Shown here piece by piece: positions 9,843 to 19,547 of a stretch of 64,000 nt of DNA; the stretch's first letter is position 1, and each line of letters begins with the position of its first letter. The DNA is taken from positions 160,001 through 224,000 of the forward strand of contig JBBIML010000007.1 in NCBI GenBank assembly GCA_037444405.1. Direction: 5' to 3'. Made by a program: the position numbers and the translations under genes. The stretch comes from Armatimonadota bacterium. Its GTDB lineage: Bacteria; Armatimonadota; Fimbriimonadia; Fimbriimonadales; GBS-DC. Under the pieces are notes generated by a model that saw nothing but the letters and a program-made list of their open reading frames with translations, had not been told where the DNA came from and did no database searches.

Positions 9843-10895
9843 TCAACCCTCCAGTCGCCCGCGTCGCAGGCGCAGCGCCGCCACATAGAGAATCAGCACC
9901 GCCTGCACCACGATAGCAATCTCCTTCGGCGCGCCCGTGATCACATGCAGGTTGTAAGTGCCGTTGCGCAGTGCGCTCAATACAAAGGCGGTCAGGATAG
10001 TCCATGCGGGATGGTTCGCGCCCATCAGGGCGACGGCGATTCCGTCGAAGCCGTACTCACTGGGGAAGCCTTCGAAGAATCGGTACTGCATGCCGCACAC
10101 TTCCACCGCGCCTGCCAGCCCCGCCAGCGCGCCGGAGATGAGCATCGCGCCGACGAGATGGCGGCGGGTGGGGATGCCCGCGGCGTCGGCGGCGTCGCGA
10201 TTGGCGCCCGTCGCGCGCAGCTCATAGCCCCACACCGTGCGATAGAGCGATGCCCACAACCCCAGCGCTATCAGGATCGCCAGCATGAAGCCCCAGCTGG
10301 TGAGGCTGAAGTTGCCCAGCGCGGGCAGTTGCGCACTCGCCAGCACAGGTGCGGTCTGCGGCGCGTCGCCCGACGGGTCTTTCAGATAGTCGACCACCAG
10401 CCAGTGCGTGAGGTAGAGCGCGATGTAGTTGAACATGATGGTGGTGATGACCTCGTGGGCGCCGCGCCCCACCTTGAGCAGGGCAGGGAGCAGCGCCCAG
10501 CACGCGCCCGCCAGCGCGCCCATCACCAGCGTTAGCGGCAGGTGCAGACCTGCTGGGACGCCTTGTTGCGTGCCCAGCCATGCGGCGACCAGCGCGCCCA
10601 TCAGCAGCTGCCCCGCCGCGCCGATATTGAACAGCCCCGCCTGCAACGCCACCGCCACGCTCAGACCCGTCAGCAGCAGGAGCGTCATGTCGTGCAGCGT
10701 GCCGTCCCACGCATCCAGCGGCGATACCTGCCCGCCAGGCGGCAAGCCGATTGCGCCCTGCAACATGATTCGGTAGCTCGCCCCGATAGGCTGGTGGCTC
10801 AGCGCGATCAGCAGGGTCAGCACGCCCAGCACCATCAGCGCGCCGAGCAGCGCCTGCCAGAGCCAGCGAACGGTTGCCGGGGATCTCATCCTCAT
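9843..10895 (-). CDS. ABC transporter permease (nucleoside/sugar, CUT2 type)
   Basis: AGLFNIGAAGQ, HEVITTIMFNY, YGFDGIAVA. Confidence 0.9.
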   Translation of the reverse strand: MRMRSPATVRWLWQALLGALMVLGVLTLLIALSHQPIGASYRIMLQGAIGLPPGGQVSPLDAWDGTLHDMTLLLLTGLSVAVALQAGLFNIGAAGQLLMGALVAAWLGTQQGVPAGLHLPLTLVMGALAGACWALLPALLKVGRGAHEVITTIMFNYIALYLTHWLVVDYLKDPSGDAPQTAPVLASAQLPALGNFSLTSWGFMLAILIALGLWASLYRTVWGYELRATGANRDAADAAGIPTRRHLVGAMLISGALAGLAGAVEVCGMQYRFFEGFPSEYGFDGIAVALMGANHPAWTILTAFVLSALRNGTYNLHVITGAPKEIAIVVQAVLILYVAALRLRRGRLEG

Positions 10896-11467
10896 GCTCC
10901 AGACGCCGAGCCTGCCGATAAGCCCAGCTGCGACGCGATTGGCTTGAGCGCGTTAATCACATTCTGCACATGCGCTTCGAAGGGCAACCCCAGCTCTTCC
11001 GCGCCGCGCACCAGGTCCTCGCGGTTGACCCCACGCGCGAAGGCTTTGTCCTTCATTTTCTTCAGCACGGCGCGCACATCCACCTCGTCCAGCGAGCGGT
11101 TCGGGCGCACAAGCGCGACGGCAATGATGAAGCCACTGATTTCGTCGCACGCGAAGATAGCGTGTTCCAGTCGGCTCTGGCGGGGGATGCCGGTGTGGTC
11201 GGCATGTGCGCCGACTGCCCGCACAATCACTTCAGGCACGCCGCGCGCCCGCAGGTACTCCATCGCCCGAAAGGGATGCTCCTCCAGCGACGGATAGCGC
11301 TCATAGTCCAGATCGTGCAGCAGCCCCACCACGCGCCAGAGTTCTTCGTCCTCGCCAAAGAGCCGCGCGTAGTACGCCATGCAGGCTTCGACCGCCAGCG
11401 CATGCCGACGCAGATTCTCCGACTGAGTCCATTCACACAGAATCTGCCATGCTTCCTCTCTGGTCAT
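10892..11467 (-). CDS. HD-domain hydrolase
   Basis: RHALAVE, GLLHDLDYE, KKMKDKAFARGVNR. Confidence 0.88.
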   Translation of the reverse strand: MTREEAWQILCEWTQSENLRRHALAVEACMAYYARLFGEDEELWRVVGLLHDLDYERYPSLEEHPFRAMEYLRARGVPEVIVRAVGAHADHTGIPRQSRLEHAIFACDEISGFIIAVALVRPNRSLDEVDVRAVLKKMKDKAFARGVNREDLVRGAEELGLPFEAHVQNVINALKPIASQLGLSAGSASGA

Positions 11468-11548
11468 CGGATCGCTCCTGATATGAACATCGAACAGGAT
11501 ACCCTGTGGCGATTACCCCTATGATGCTGGTGGGAAGCCCCTGCAATT

Positions 11549-12766
11549 TTATGCGTGAGCGGACTCGACAGGCTTGAGTTCGGCGAGGGCGCTGGCGATG
11601 CGCTCGACGCCAGCCCGGATCACCTCTTCCGACATGGCGTAGGAGAGGCGCAGATAGCCAGGCGCACAGAAAGCTTCGCCCGGCACAACCGCCACGCGCG
11701 CCGATTCCAGCAGATACTCTGCCAGGTCGGTTGCACTTGTCAGCACGCGCTCGCCCGCGCGAGCGGGCAGCAGCGCCTGCACATTCGCGAACACATAGAA
11801 CGCTCCGCGTGGGATGAAGCACCTTATGCCCTCGAGCGCACAGAGAGCCTCCACCATCACCTGCCGCCGCGCGGCGAATATCTGGCGCACCTTCTCCAGC
11901 CAGCCGTTGTGCTTGCCCTCGCGCAGTGCATAAAGCGCGGCATGTTGTGCAATCGTGCAGGGGTTGGAGGTCATCTGATCCTGCAGGCATGCAACTGCGC
12001 GGGCGACTTCCGTCGGTGCGCCCAGATAGCCGATCCGCCAGCCCGTCATCGCGTACGACTTGGACACGCCGTTCACCGTGATAGTGCGGGCGAACACCTC
12101 TTTGCCCAGCGCCCCGATGCTCTCATGGGTGTATCCATCGTACACCAGCGTCTCGTAAATCTCGTCGGCGATAATCCAGAGGTTGTGTGTGAGCGCGAGC
12201 GAGGCGATGGCTTTCAGCGTCGCGCGCGGATAGACCGCCCCTGTCGGGTTATGCGGCGTGTTGAGGATAATCGCCCTCGTGCGCGGCGTGATGGCAGACC
12301 GCAACTGTTCATAGGTGGGCAGGAAGTCGGTGCTTTCGTCTGTCGGAATGAACACGGGTATGCCGCCCATCAAGCGCACCTGTTCAGGATAGGAGACCCA
12401 GCAGGGTGTGGGGATCAGCACCTCGTCGCCCGGGTTTATAGTCGCCATCAGTATGCTGAACAGCGCGTGCTTGGCGCCGCAGGTTACCACAATCTGGTCC
12501 GGTGTGTAGGGCAGGCGGTTCTCGCGCTGGAACTTCTCGCTGATGGCTTCGCGCAGGGGCGTGATGCCAGCGGAAGGCGTATATTTGGTGTAGCCTGCGT
12601 GGATGGCGTCCAGCCCGCCCGCTTTGGCGAAGTCGGGCGTGTCCAGATCGGGTTCGCCTGCCGTGAACGCCAGCACATCGATGCCCTGCTGGCGCAGCTG
12701 CTGTGCCCGCGCGGTCAGCGCGAGCGTGGGCGACGGCTGAATCTGGCTGATACGCTCCGATAGCAC
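11549..12766 (-). CDS. Class I/II PLP aminotransferase (aspartate aminotransferase-like)
   Basis: GEPD, NTPHNPTG, DEIY, SKSYAMTGWRIGY. Confidence 0.92.
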   Translation of the reverse strand: MLSERISQIQPSPTLALTARAQQLRQQGIDVLAFTAGEPDLDTPDFAKAGGLDAIHAGYTKYTPSAGITPLREAISEKFQRENRLPYTPDQIVVTCGAKHALFSILMATINPGDEVLIPTPCWVSYPEQVRLMGGIPVFIPTDESTDFLPTYEQLRSAITPRTRAIILNTPHNPTGAVYPRATLKAIASLALTHNLWIIADEIYETLVYDGYTHESIGALGKEVFARTITVNGVSKSYAMTGWRIGYLGAPTEVARAVACLQDQMTSNPCTIAQHAALYALREGKHNGWLEKVRQIFAARRQVMVEALCALEGIRCFIPRGAFYVFANVQALLPARAGERVLTSATDLAEYLLESARVAVVPGEAFCAPGYLRLSYAMSEEVIRAGVERIASALAELKPVESAHA

Positions 12767-12802
12767 GCTGACGATGCCTCCATCCAGTGCCGATTATACC
12801 CC

Positions 12803-14020
12803 TCAGGTTCGATATGCCGAGTTGATTTTGATATACTCGGCGGTAAGGTCGCTGGACCAGAAGGTGGCGTTCGAATCGCCCTGACCCAGCCACAGGCGAA
12901 TGAAGATTTCCTCCTCCTGCAGTTTCTGGGCGAGCGATTCTTCGTCGAACGGCACGGGGCGACCGTTTTCAAACACCGTCACGCCCTGCAGGCTCAAGCG
13001 CATCTGGCGCGGCTCGATGGGGACACCACTGCGCCCTGCCGCTGCCATAATCCGCCCCCAGTTCGGGTCGCCCCCGTGAATCGCCGTCTTGACCAGCAGC
13101 GATTCGGCAACTGTGCGGGCGACGGCGCGAGCGTCAGCCTCTGTTGCGGCGCCCTCCACGCGCACCTCAAAGATTCGGGTGGCGCCTTCGCCGTCGCGCA
13201 CGATGCGCTTCGCCAGATACTCACACACGCGATACAGCCCGTGCCGAAAAGCGTCCAGCGAACGTTCGGTCAGTCGCACACCCGATGCACCGTTCGCCAG
13301 CACAATCACCATATCGTTCGTGCTGGTGTCGCCGTCCACCGTGATGCAGTTGAAGGTCTGCTCCACCACCGTTTTGAGGATGGTCTGGAGCGTGGGCGCG
13401 TCGAGGGCGGCGTCGGTGGTGAGGAAGGCGAGCATGGTCGCCATATTCGGCGCGATCATGCCCGCGCCTTTGGCAATCGCGCCGATGCGGAGCGTGCCGT
13501 CGGGCGTCTCCAGCGCCAGGCTCACGCGCTTGGGAAAGGTGTCGGTGGTCAGGATGGCGTCGGCGGTGGCGCGGTCGTCCCCGTCGCTGAGGCGCGCCAG
13601 AGCGAGCGGAACACCCGACTCGATCGCGCCCATCGGCATCGGCACGCCGATGATGCCCGTGGAAGCCACGATAACCTGTTGCGGTTCACAGCCGAGCCGT
13701 TCGGCGACGAGCGTCGCCATCCGTTCGGCGTCGCGCTCGCCCTGCTCGCCTGTGAGGCAGTTGGCGTTGCCGCTGTTGGCGATAATCGCACGGGCGCGCC
13801 CGCCCGCCACCACCTGCTGCGACCAGCGCACGGGCGCCGCCTGCACCCGATTCTGCGTGAAAGTGCCCGCCACGCTCGCCTCCATATCCGACACAATCAG
13901 CGCCAGATCGAGCAAGCCGGGCTTCTTGATGCCGCAATAGACGCCCGCGCTCCGAAACCCTTTCGGGAAGTTCACCCCGCGCTGCGGATTCAGCTCGCTC
14001 ATCGGAGAAAGTGTACCCAT
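12803..14020 (-). CDS. argJ: Glutamate N-acetyltransferase ArgJ
   Basis: KGAGMIAPNMATML, DGDTSTND, DGEGAT, DPNWGRI; alternative start at 14002. Confidence 0.95.
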   Translation of the reverse strand: MGTLSPMSELNPQRGVNFPKGFRSAGVYCGIKKPGLLDLALIVSDMEASVAGTFTQNRVQAAPVRWSQQVVAGGRARAIIANSGNANCLTGEQGERDAERMATLVAERLGCEPQQVIVASTGIIGVPMPMGAIESGVPLALARLSDGDDRATADAILTTDTFPKRVSLALETPDGTLRIGAIAKGAGMIAPNMATMLAFLTTDAALDAPTLQTILKTVVEQTFNCITVDGDTSTNDMVIVLANGASGVRLTERSLDAFRHGLYRVCEYLAKRIVRDGEGATRIFEVRVEGAATEADARAVARTVAESLLVKTAIHGGDPNWGRIMAAAGRSGVPIEPRQMRLSLQGVTVFENGRPVPFDEESLAQKLQEEEIFIRLWLGQGDSNATFWSSDLTAEYIKINSAYRT

Positions 14021-14734
14021 TCAGACCCCGCGTGTCGCTTCGAACAGGACACGATGCACCTGCGGCAGCAGGCGCACGCGGTAGAGTCTGTCTTCATGCA
14101 GCCACTGGAGCAGGGATGCCGTCATCGCCCGATAGTGCTGAACCAGCTCGTCGGGCGTCTGCAGGTCGGTGGGCGTGCCAATCTGCAGCACGGCAGGCAA
14201 CTGCGGGAACGCCTCGAACATCGCTCGCGCGTAGAGATAGTCCTCCCGATTGAACACCACGATTTTGAGATAAGTTTCATCGGGCGCATATTGCAGGCAG
14301 GCGTGAACTGACTCAACAGGTGTGCTTTCACCCGCGCTGGGCGGTTTGGGTGACAGCACCAGCACATTCAGCTGGCGGAACCATTCGCGGGCGATGGAAC
14401 CCTGCGTTTCGCACGCCAGCATATAACCCTCCGCCCGCAGCTGTTCCACCAGTCGCTTTAGCGGATGGATGGCGGGGTTGCCGCCCGTGAGCGTGATGAG
14501 AATGGGAGGCGGTGCCAGCTGTTTCACCGCCGCCAGAATCTCCGATTCGGTGAGCCAGCGCCACTCCTCGCGATAGGTCGGCATCACGGCGTAAAGTGTG
14601 TCGCACCAGTCGCACCGATAGTCGCAGCCCCCGAAGCGAATGAACAGGCTCAAACAACCTGCCAGCAGCCCCTCGCCCTGCACCGTCGGACCGAATATCT
14701 CGGCTACAGGCAACCGCCGTTCGCGTGCGTGCAT
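14021..14734 (-). CDS. queE: 7-carboxy-7-deazaguanine synthase
   Basis: EIFGPTVQGEG, GCDYRCDWCDT, TGGNP, SPKPPS, RLLPQVH. Confidence 0.9.
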   Translation of the reverse strand: MHARERRLPVAEIFGPTVQGEGLLAGCLSLFIRFGGCDYRCDWCDTLYAVMPTYREEWRWLTESEILAAVKQLAPPPILITLTGGNPAIHPLKRLVEQLRAEGYMLACETQGSIAREWFRQLNVLVLSPKPPSAGESTPVESVHACLQYAPDETYLKIVVFNREDYLYARAMFEAFPQLPAVLQIGTPTDLQTPDELVQHYRAMTASLLQWLHEDRLYRVRLLPQVHRVLFEATRGV

Positions 14735-14794
14735 GATATGGTTGTACCCCGTCGGTGAAGTTGTTCGAAAAATCATCTCTTGCGAGCCGCTTGA

Positions 14795-14856
14795 GCAGGG
14801 CGCGGGGGCCGCGCCCCTACTTGACGCGGGTACGGGCGCGGTTCCGCGCCGAACAC
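14795..14856. repeat. REP-like palindrome family B, two copies
   Basis: GGGCGCGGGGGCCGCGCCCCTAC and GTACGGGCGCGGTTCCGCGCC. Confidence 0.7.
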
Positions 14857-14913
14857 CCCACTGACCCCTGAGGGTGTTCGAGAGTTCGGGACATAATATC
14901 GACCTGAGTGAAG

Positions 14914-14952
14914 CCCCCTCACCTGTACCCTCTCCCCCAAAGGTGGAGAGGG
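14914..14952. repeat. Palindromic repeat family A (CCCTCACC..TACCCTCTCCC-loop-GGGAGAGGG)
   Basis: Matches copies at 24272, 25313, 37428, 46585, 60623 and 63248. Confidence 0.75.
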
Positions 14953-15000
14953 ATTAGACTCCTCCCGTGCCAGCGGGTAAAGTGTAAGGGTGGGGGCGCG

Positions 15001-17424
15001 ATGAGGCTGGCGGATGTGATTGTGTTTGCGGGCGGCAGTGCGGGCTACACTGTTTTCACCTACACCGTGCCCGAATCGCTCACGCACGGCTTGCAGGCGG
15101 GCGCGGGCGTGATGGTGCCGCTCGGTGGGCGCATGGCGCTGGGCGTCATCTGGCGTCTGTACGACGGCGAGCCGAGTCTGCCCGCCGAACAGCTTAAACC
15201 CATCGAGTGCGTGCTGGATCAGCCCCTGCTGGATAGCGGGCTGATGCAGCTCGCGCGTCAACTGCAGGAGAACGCGCTCTGCTCACCTGCCGAAGCGGTT
15301 CAGACGGTGCTGCCTGCGCTCGCCCGCGCCCATCTGCACGCTATCGTTGAATTGGTCGAACCCGTGCCGCCCCTGCGCTCGGTCAATCAGCGCATGGTGG
15401 TCGATGCGCTGCGGGCGGCGGGCGGACGGTTGAGCCTGCATGCGCTCAGGCGGCGGCTCGCCGCGCCCATTCTCAACAGCGGATTGCCTGCCCTGCGTCA
15501 GAAGGGGATTGTGCGCACGCTCTATGAGCTGCAACCTCCGCCGGCTCCCTCCCGCGACGAAGCCTGGATCACGCTTAATGCGACGCCAGAGCAGTTAGAG
15601 CAATTTTTTCGGCAGGAGGCGAACCGCGCAAGGGCGCAAAGTGCCCTGCTGACACGCCTGCTGCTGCACCCCGAAGGGCAGATGCCCGTGCGCGAGCTGC
15701 TGGAGCAGACGGGCGCCAGCGCGAACAGCCTGCGCATGCTCGAATCGCGCGGGCTGGTGCGCCGAATCGCGCGTCGCGCGGAGCCAGACATCCGCCCATG
15801 CACGGAACCCGCCATCCCCGCACCGACGCCCCATCAGCAGGCGGTTCTGCAGACCTTGCGGCATGCCATCGAATCGGGGGTCTATCGGGCGTTTCTGCTC
15901 TACGGTGTAACGGGCAGCGGCAAAACAGAGGTTTACCTGCAGGCGGCGGCGATGACCCTGCGCGCGGGGCGCACGGTGCTGTTTTTAGTGCCTGAAATCG
16001 CGCTCACAGCGCAGTTGACCGCCGCCTTCCGCGAGCGGTTCGGGAACGCGGTCGCCGTGCTGCATAGCCAGCTGAGCCCGTCGGAGCGGTATGCGCAGTG
16101 GTTGCGTGTGCGGAACGGTCAGGCGCCGATTGTGGTGGGTGCACGCTCCGCCCTGTTCGCGCCCCTGCGCCGTGTCGGGCTCATCGTTCTGGACGAGGAG
16201 CATGAACCTGCCTATAAACAGCAGCAGTCGCCGCTCTATCACGCGCGTCTGCTGGCGGAGGCGCGGGCGCAAACGGGGCAGGCGGTGCTGCTTCTGGGCA
16301 GTGCGACGCCCGCCTGCGAGACCTTCTATCGCGCCCAGCAGGGTGCGCTCCAGCTGCTGCATCTGCCCGAACGCATCGGTGGCACGCCGCTGCCCGAAGT
16401 GTCGCTGGTTGATCTGCGCGGGCAGCCCCGCACGACCATCAGCCCGCCCCTGCTTGAAGCGATTCGGGAGACGGTCGCGCGCGGGCAGCAGGTCATCCTG
16501 TTCCTCAATCGGCGCGGGTTCGCCCCGATGCTGCTCTGTCGGGAGTGCGGCTTCGTGCCGAAGTGCGAGCTGTGCGCCGTGTCGCTGACCTATCATGTGG
16601 TGGGCGAGCGCGTGCTGCGCTGTCATCACTGCGACGCGCGGGTGGCTGCACCGCGCCTGTGCCACAACTGCGGCGGCATGCGCCTTGTGCCCTACGGCAT
16701 CGGCACCCAGCGCGTGGAGATGACACTCAAAGAGCTGCTGCCCCATTTGCGTGTGGCGCGGCTGGATCGCGATGTGTTGAGCCGTCGCGACCTCTATTTG
16801 CAACTGCTGCAGGCGTTTCGGGCAGGCGAACTCGACGCGCTGATCGGCACGCAGATGGTGGCGCGTGGGCTGGACTTCCCGCGCGTGATGCTGGTGGGCG
16901 TGCTGAACGCGGATACCGCGCTCCATCTGCCCGACTTCCGCGCCGCCGAGCGCACCTTCCAGCTGCTCACCCAGGTCGCGGGGCGGGCAGGGCGACGCGA
17001 GCAGCAGGGACGCACGCTGATCCAGACCTTTAATCCTGACCATCACGCCGTCCGCTGCGCCCGCACGCACGATTATGAGGCGTTCTATCAGCAGGAGCTG
17101 CCGCTGCGCCGCGAGCCGCTCTACCCCCCATTTTGTCGGCTGGTGAACATTCTGGCGCAGGATGCGAACCCGCAGCGGGCGTTCCAGTTGCTTCAGCGTT
17201 TAGGCGCAAGCCTGCCGCAGGTGATGGGCGAGAGCCTCATCCAGATGCTGGGACCCGCGCCTGCGCCGCTCGAACGCCTGCAGGGGCGCTACCGCTATCA
17301 CCTGCTGCTGAAGCTGACACCTGAGAGCCAGCCAGCAGAGGGCTTGCGGGAGGCGCTGAACCCGCTTGAACCGCGCGAGCGCGCGAGCCTGACCGTCGAT
17401 ATCGACCCTGTGAGCCTGCTGTAG
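15001..17424 (+). CDS. priA: Primosomal protein N'
   Basis: GVTGSGKTEVY, DEEH, four CxxC zinc motifs, QVAGRAGR. Confidence 0.95.
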   Translation: MRLADVIVFAGGSAGYTVFTYTVPESLTHGLQAGAGVMVPLGGRMALGVIWRLYDGEPSLPAEQLKPIECVLDQPLLDSGLMQLARQLQENALCSPAEAVQTVLPALARAHLHAIVELVEPVPPLRSVNQRMVVDALRAAGGRLSLHALRRRLAAPILNSGLPALRQKGIVRTLYELQPPPAPSRDEAWITLNATPEQLEQFFRQEANRARAQSALLTRLLLHPEGQMPVRELLEQTGASANSLRMLESRGLVRRIARRAEPDIRPCTEPAIPAPTPHQQAVLQTLRHAIESGVYRAFLLYGVTGSGKTEVYLQAAAMTLRAGRTVLFLVPEIALTAQLTAAFRERFGNAVAVLHSQLSPSERYAQWLRVRNGQAPIVVGARSALFAPLRRVGLIVLDEEHEPAYKQQQSPLYHARLLAEARAQTGQAVLLLGSATPACETFYRAQQGALQLLHLPERIGGTPLPEVSLVDLRGQPRTTISPPLLEAIRETVARGQQVILFLNRRGFAPMLLCRECGFVPKCELCAVSLTYHVVGERVLRCHHCDARVAAPRLCHNCGGMRLVPYGIGTQRVEMTLKELLPHLRVARLDRDVLSRRDLYLQLLQAFRAGELDALIGTQMVARGLDFPRVMLVGVLNADTALHLPDFRAAERTFQLLTQVAGRAGRREQQGRTLIQTFNPDHHAVRCARTHDYEAFYQQELPLRREPLYPPFCRLVNILAQDANPQRAFQLLQRLGASLPQVMGESLIQMLGPAPAPLERLQGRYRYHLLLKLTPESQPAEGLREALNPLEPRERASLTVDIDPVSLL

Positions 17425-17433
17425 GCGCAGGCA

Positions 17434-17880
17434 CTAAAGCACCCGCATCACCTCAATATCGCGTTCGTCTTCGCTCATCGGCGGCTGCTGGAAAATCTGT
17501 TCCAGCTGCTGCGCCACCTCTTCCTCCTCCCGCACATAGATGATGTCGCCGTTCTCCACCGCCATCTGCCACAGCGCACGGTCGCGCGGGGTGACCAGCA
17601 TCAGATCGAGATAGTAGTTCGGCTCCACAATCACATGGAACGCCTGCGCCAGCTGGCGCATGGTCTCGATCTTATCCTCGTGGGTCAAATCTTCGCGCAA
17701 CCAGATGCCGAAAGTGGCGTCGCTCTGCATCACGCCCTCCGCGCGCACGGTGAACGCCAGCACCATCTCCACTTCAGGCGTCTGCGAGAAGATGGCTTCC
17801 AGCAGGGGGATATGACCGGGCGGGATCGGCTGGCGCCCCTCCGGGCGCGGATCGTCCAGAAAGTTCGATTCGTTCACCAT
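17434..17880 (-). CDS. Hypothetical acidic protein, possibly a degenerate minimal-nucleotidyltransferase fold
   Basis: GAGG upstream of ATG 17880; 148 aa; residue pattern resembles MNT but lacks the GS and DxD motifs. Confidence 0.6.
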   Translation of the reverse strand: MVNESNFLDDPRPEGRQPIPPGHIPLLEAIFSQTPEVEMVLAFTVRAEGVMQSDATFGIWLREDLTHEDKIETMRQLAQAFHVIVEPNYYLDLMLVTPRDRALWQMAVENGDIIYVREEEEVAQQLEQIFQQPPMSEDERDIEVMRVL

Positions 17881-17918
17881 TTTAAGCCTCCGATGGGGGA
17901 AGTATACCCGAAGGTTAT

Positions 17919-17943
17919 CAGGGCGCGGAGACCGCGCCCGTAT
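17919..17943. repeat. REP-like palindrome family B
   Basis: GGGCGCGGAGACCGCGCCC just after the rimO stop. Confidence 0.65.
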
Positions 17944-19289
17944 TAAGCCCCTGACGGGGCGCCGAACAGGTCGTACACATCGGCACGCTCGATGCGCACG
18001 CTGATAAACTCGCCGGGCGCGGCGGTGCAGTCGCGCACATAGACCAGTCCATCCACTTCGGGCGCGTCGCGGTGGCTGCGCCCGATGGCATACGCGCCAT
18101 CTTCGGAGTAGCCCTCTATCAGCACAAGCATCTCCCTGCCGACCCATTCGCGATTGCGTGCCAGCGAGATGGGTTGCTGGGCGCGCATCAGGCGGTCGAA
18201 CCGCTCGCGCTTGACCCGAAACGGCACCTGGTCAGGCATCCCGGCGGCGGGTGTGCCCTTCTCCCGCGAATAGATGAACGCGCCCACGCGGTCCAATCGC
18301 GCCTCCTGCAGAAAATCGAGCAGCTCCTGAAACTGCGCTTCGGTCTCGCCCGGAAAGCCGACGATGAAGGTGGTGCGGATGGCGATATCGGGCATCGCCG
18401 CGCGCAGACGCTCCACCAGGCGCAAATAGCTCGCGCCATCGCCCGGACGGCGCATCGCCCGCAGAATCGCACGGTTCACATGCTGAAGCGGCACATCCAG
18501 ATAGGGCACAACCTGCGGCAGGCTCGCCATCGTTTCGATCAGCGCGTCCGACACGCGCGACGGATAGGCGTAGTGAATCCGAATCCAGCGGATGCCCTCC
18601 ACCTGCGCCAGCTCGCGCAACAGGGTGGGCAGCATGAAGCGGCGATAGAGGTCATAGCCGTACTGCGTGGTGTCCTGCGCGATGAGATTGATCTCTCTGG
18701 CGCCGTTCTGAGCGAGCCAGCGCGCCTCTTCCAGCACGCGCTCGATGGGCTTGCTCACATGCCGCCCGCGAAACGATGGGATGGTGCAGAAGGTGCAGCG
18801 GTGGTCGCAGCCTTCGGAGATTTTGAGGTAGGCGGACCACGGGGTTCGGCTGCGTAGGCGGGTGGTGACCTCTGCCCAGCGATGGTGCGGCGGCTGGATG
18901 TCCATCAGCGGGGTCGCCTCTCGCCGGTGCGACACGGTGCTGACAATCTCGGCGAAGCGTGCCATCTGCCCCACGCCCACAAAGGCGTCCACTTCAGGCA
19001 ACATCTGGCGCAGGGCGTCGCCCATCCGCTGAACCAGACAGCCGGCGACAATCACCTTCTGCGTATTGCCCGCCCGCTTTTCGCGCAGGGCTTCCCGAAT
19101 CGTCTGCAGGCTCTCCTGTTTGGCAGGTTCGATGAAGCCGCAGGTGTTAATGATAATCATATCGGGCGTGCTCGTGCGGGCATCGAGCTGATAGCCCGCC
19201 TGCTGCAGTACGCCCGCAATCTCTTCCGAGTCGACCTCGTTCTTGGCACAGCCGAGCGTGATCAGCCGCACCGTGCCCCGCTTCGCCAT
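17943..19289 (-). CDS. rimO: Ribosomal protein S12 methylthiotransferase
   Basis: LGCAKNEVDSE, INTCGFI, KISEGCDHRCTFC, DAPEVDG. Confidence 0.93.
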   Translation of the reverse strand: MAKRGTVRLITLGCAKNEVDSEEIAGVLQQAGYQLDARTSTPDMIIINTCGFIEPAKQESLQTIREALREKRAGNTQKVIVAGCLVQRMGDALRQMLPEVDAFVGVGQMARFAEIVSTVSHRREATPLMDIQPPHHRWAEVTTRLRSRTPWSAYLKISEGCDHRCTFCTIPSFRGRHVSKPIERVLEEARWLAQNGAREINLIAQDTTQYGYDLYRRFMLPTLLRELAQVEGIRWIRIHYAYPSRVSDALIETMASLPQVVPYLDVPLQHVNRAILRAMRRPGDGASYLRLVERLRAAMPDIAIRTTFIVGFPGETEAQFQELLDFLQEARLDRVGAFIYSREKGTPAAGMPDQVPFRVKRERFDRLMRAQQPISLARNREWVGREMLVLIEGYSEDGAYAIGRSHRDAPEVDGLVYVRDCTAAPGEFISVRIERADVYDLFGAPSGA

Positions 19290-19373
19290 AACGGATGGAG
19301 TATACCTTGCGCAGGGAACAGGTCCGGGTGTGGAAGAAAGTAGGGTATACTACTGCTGGAGGAGCAAACGACG

Positions 19374-19547
19374 ATGCCGATACTGGGATACATGGGCACA
19401 CAAGAATGGTTGATTGTGCTGGTGATTGTGCTGGTGCTGTTTGGCGCCTCGCGTCTGCCAGCGCTGGCACGCTCGGTAGGGGAAGCGCTCTCCGAATTCC
19501 GTCGCGCCACCCGTGTGGAGGACGAGAGCGAACAGAACGCTCGATGA
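19374..19547 (+). CDS. tatA: Twin-arginine translocase TatA/E subunit
   Basis: Hand-translated 57 aa, below the ORF-track cutoff: MPILGYMGTQEWLIVLVIVLVLFGASRLPALARSVGEALSEFRR; GGAGGAG SD. Confidence 0.9.
   Translation: MPILGYMGTQEWLIVLVIVLVLFGASRLPALARSVGEALSEFRRATRVEDESEQNAR

Noticed and set aside
478..19289. miaB, queE and rimO as a radical-SAM cluster or as the enzyme for the PqqD protein
   Set aside because: All are canonical housekeeping enzymes in separate transcription units; RimO has a known substrate and is only divergently adjacent
19295..19543. N-terminal extension of the 392-aa ORF
   Set aside because: The region encodes tatA in another frame; the true start is ATG 19544
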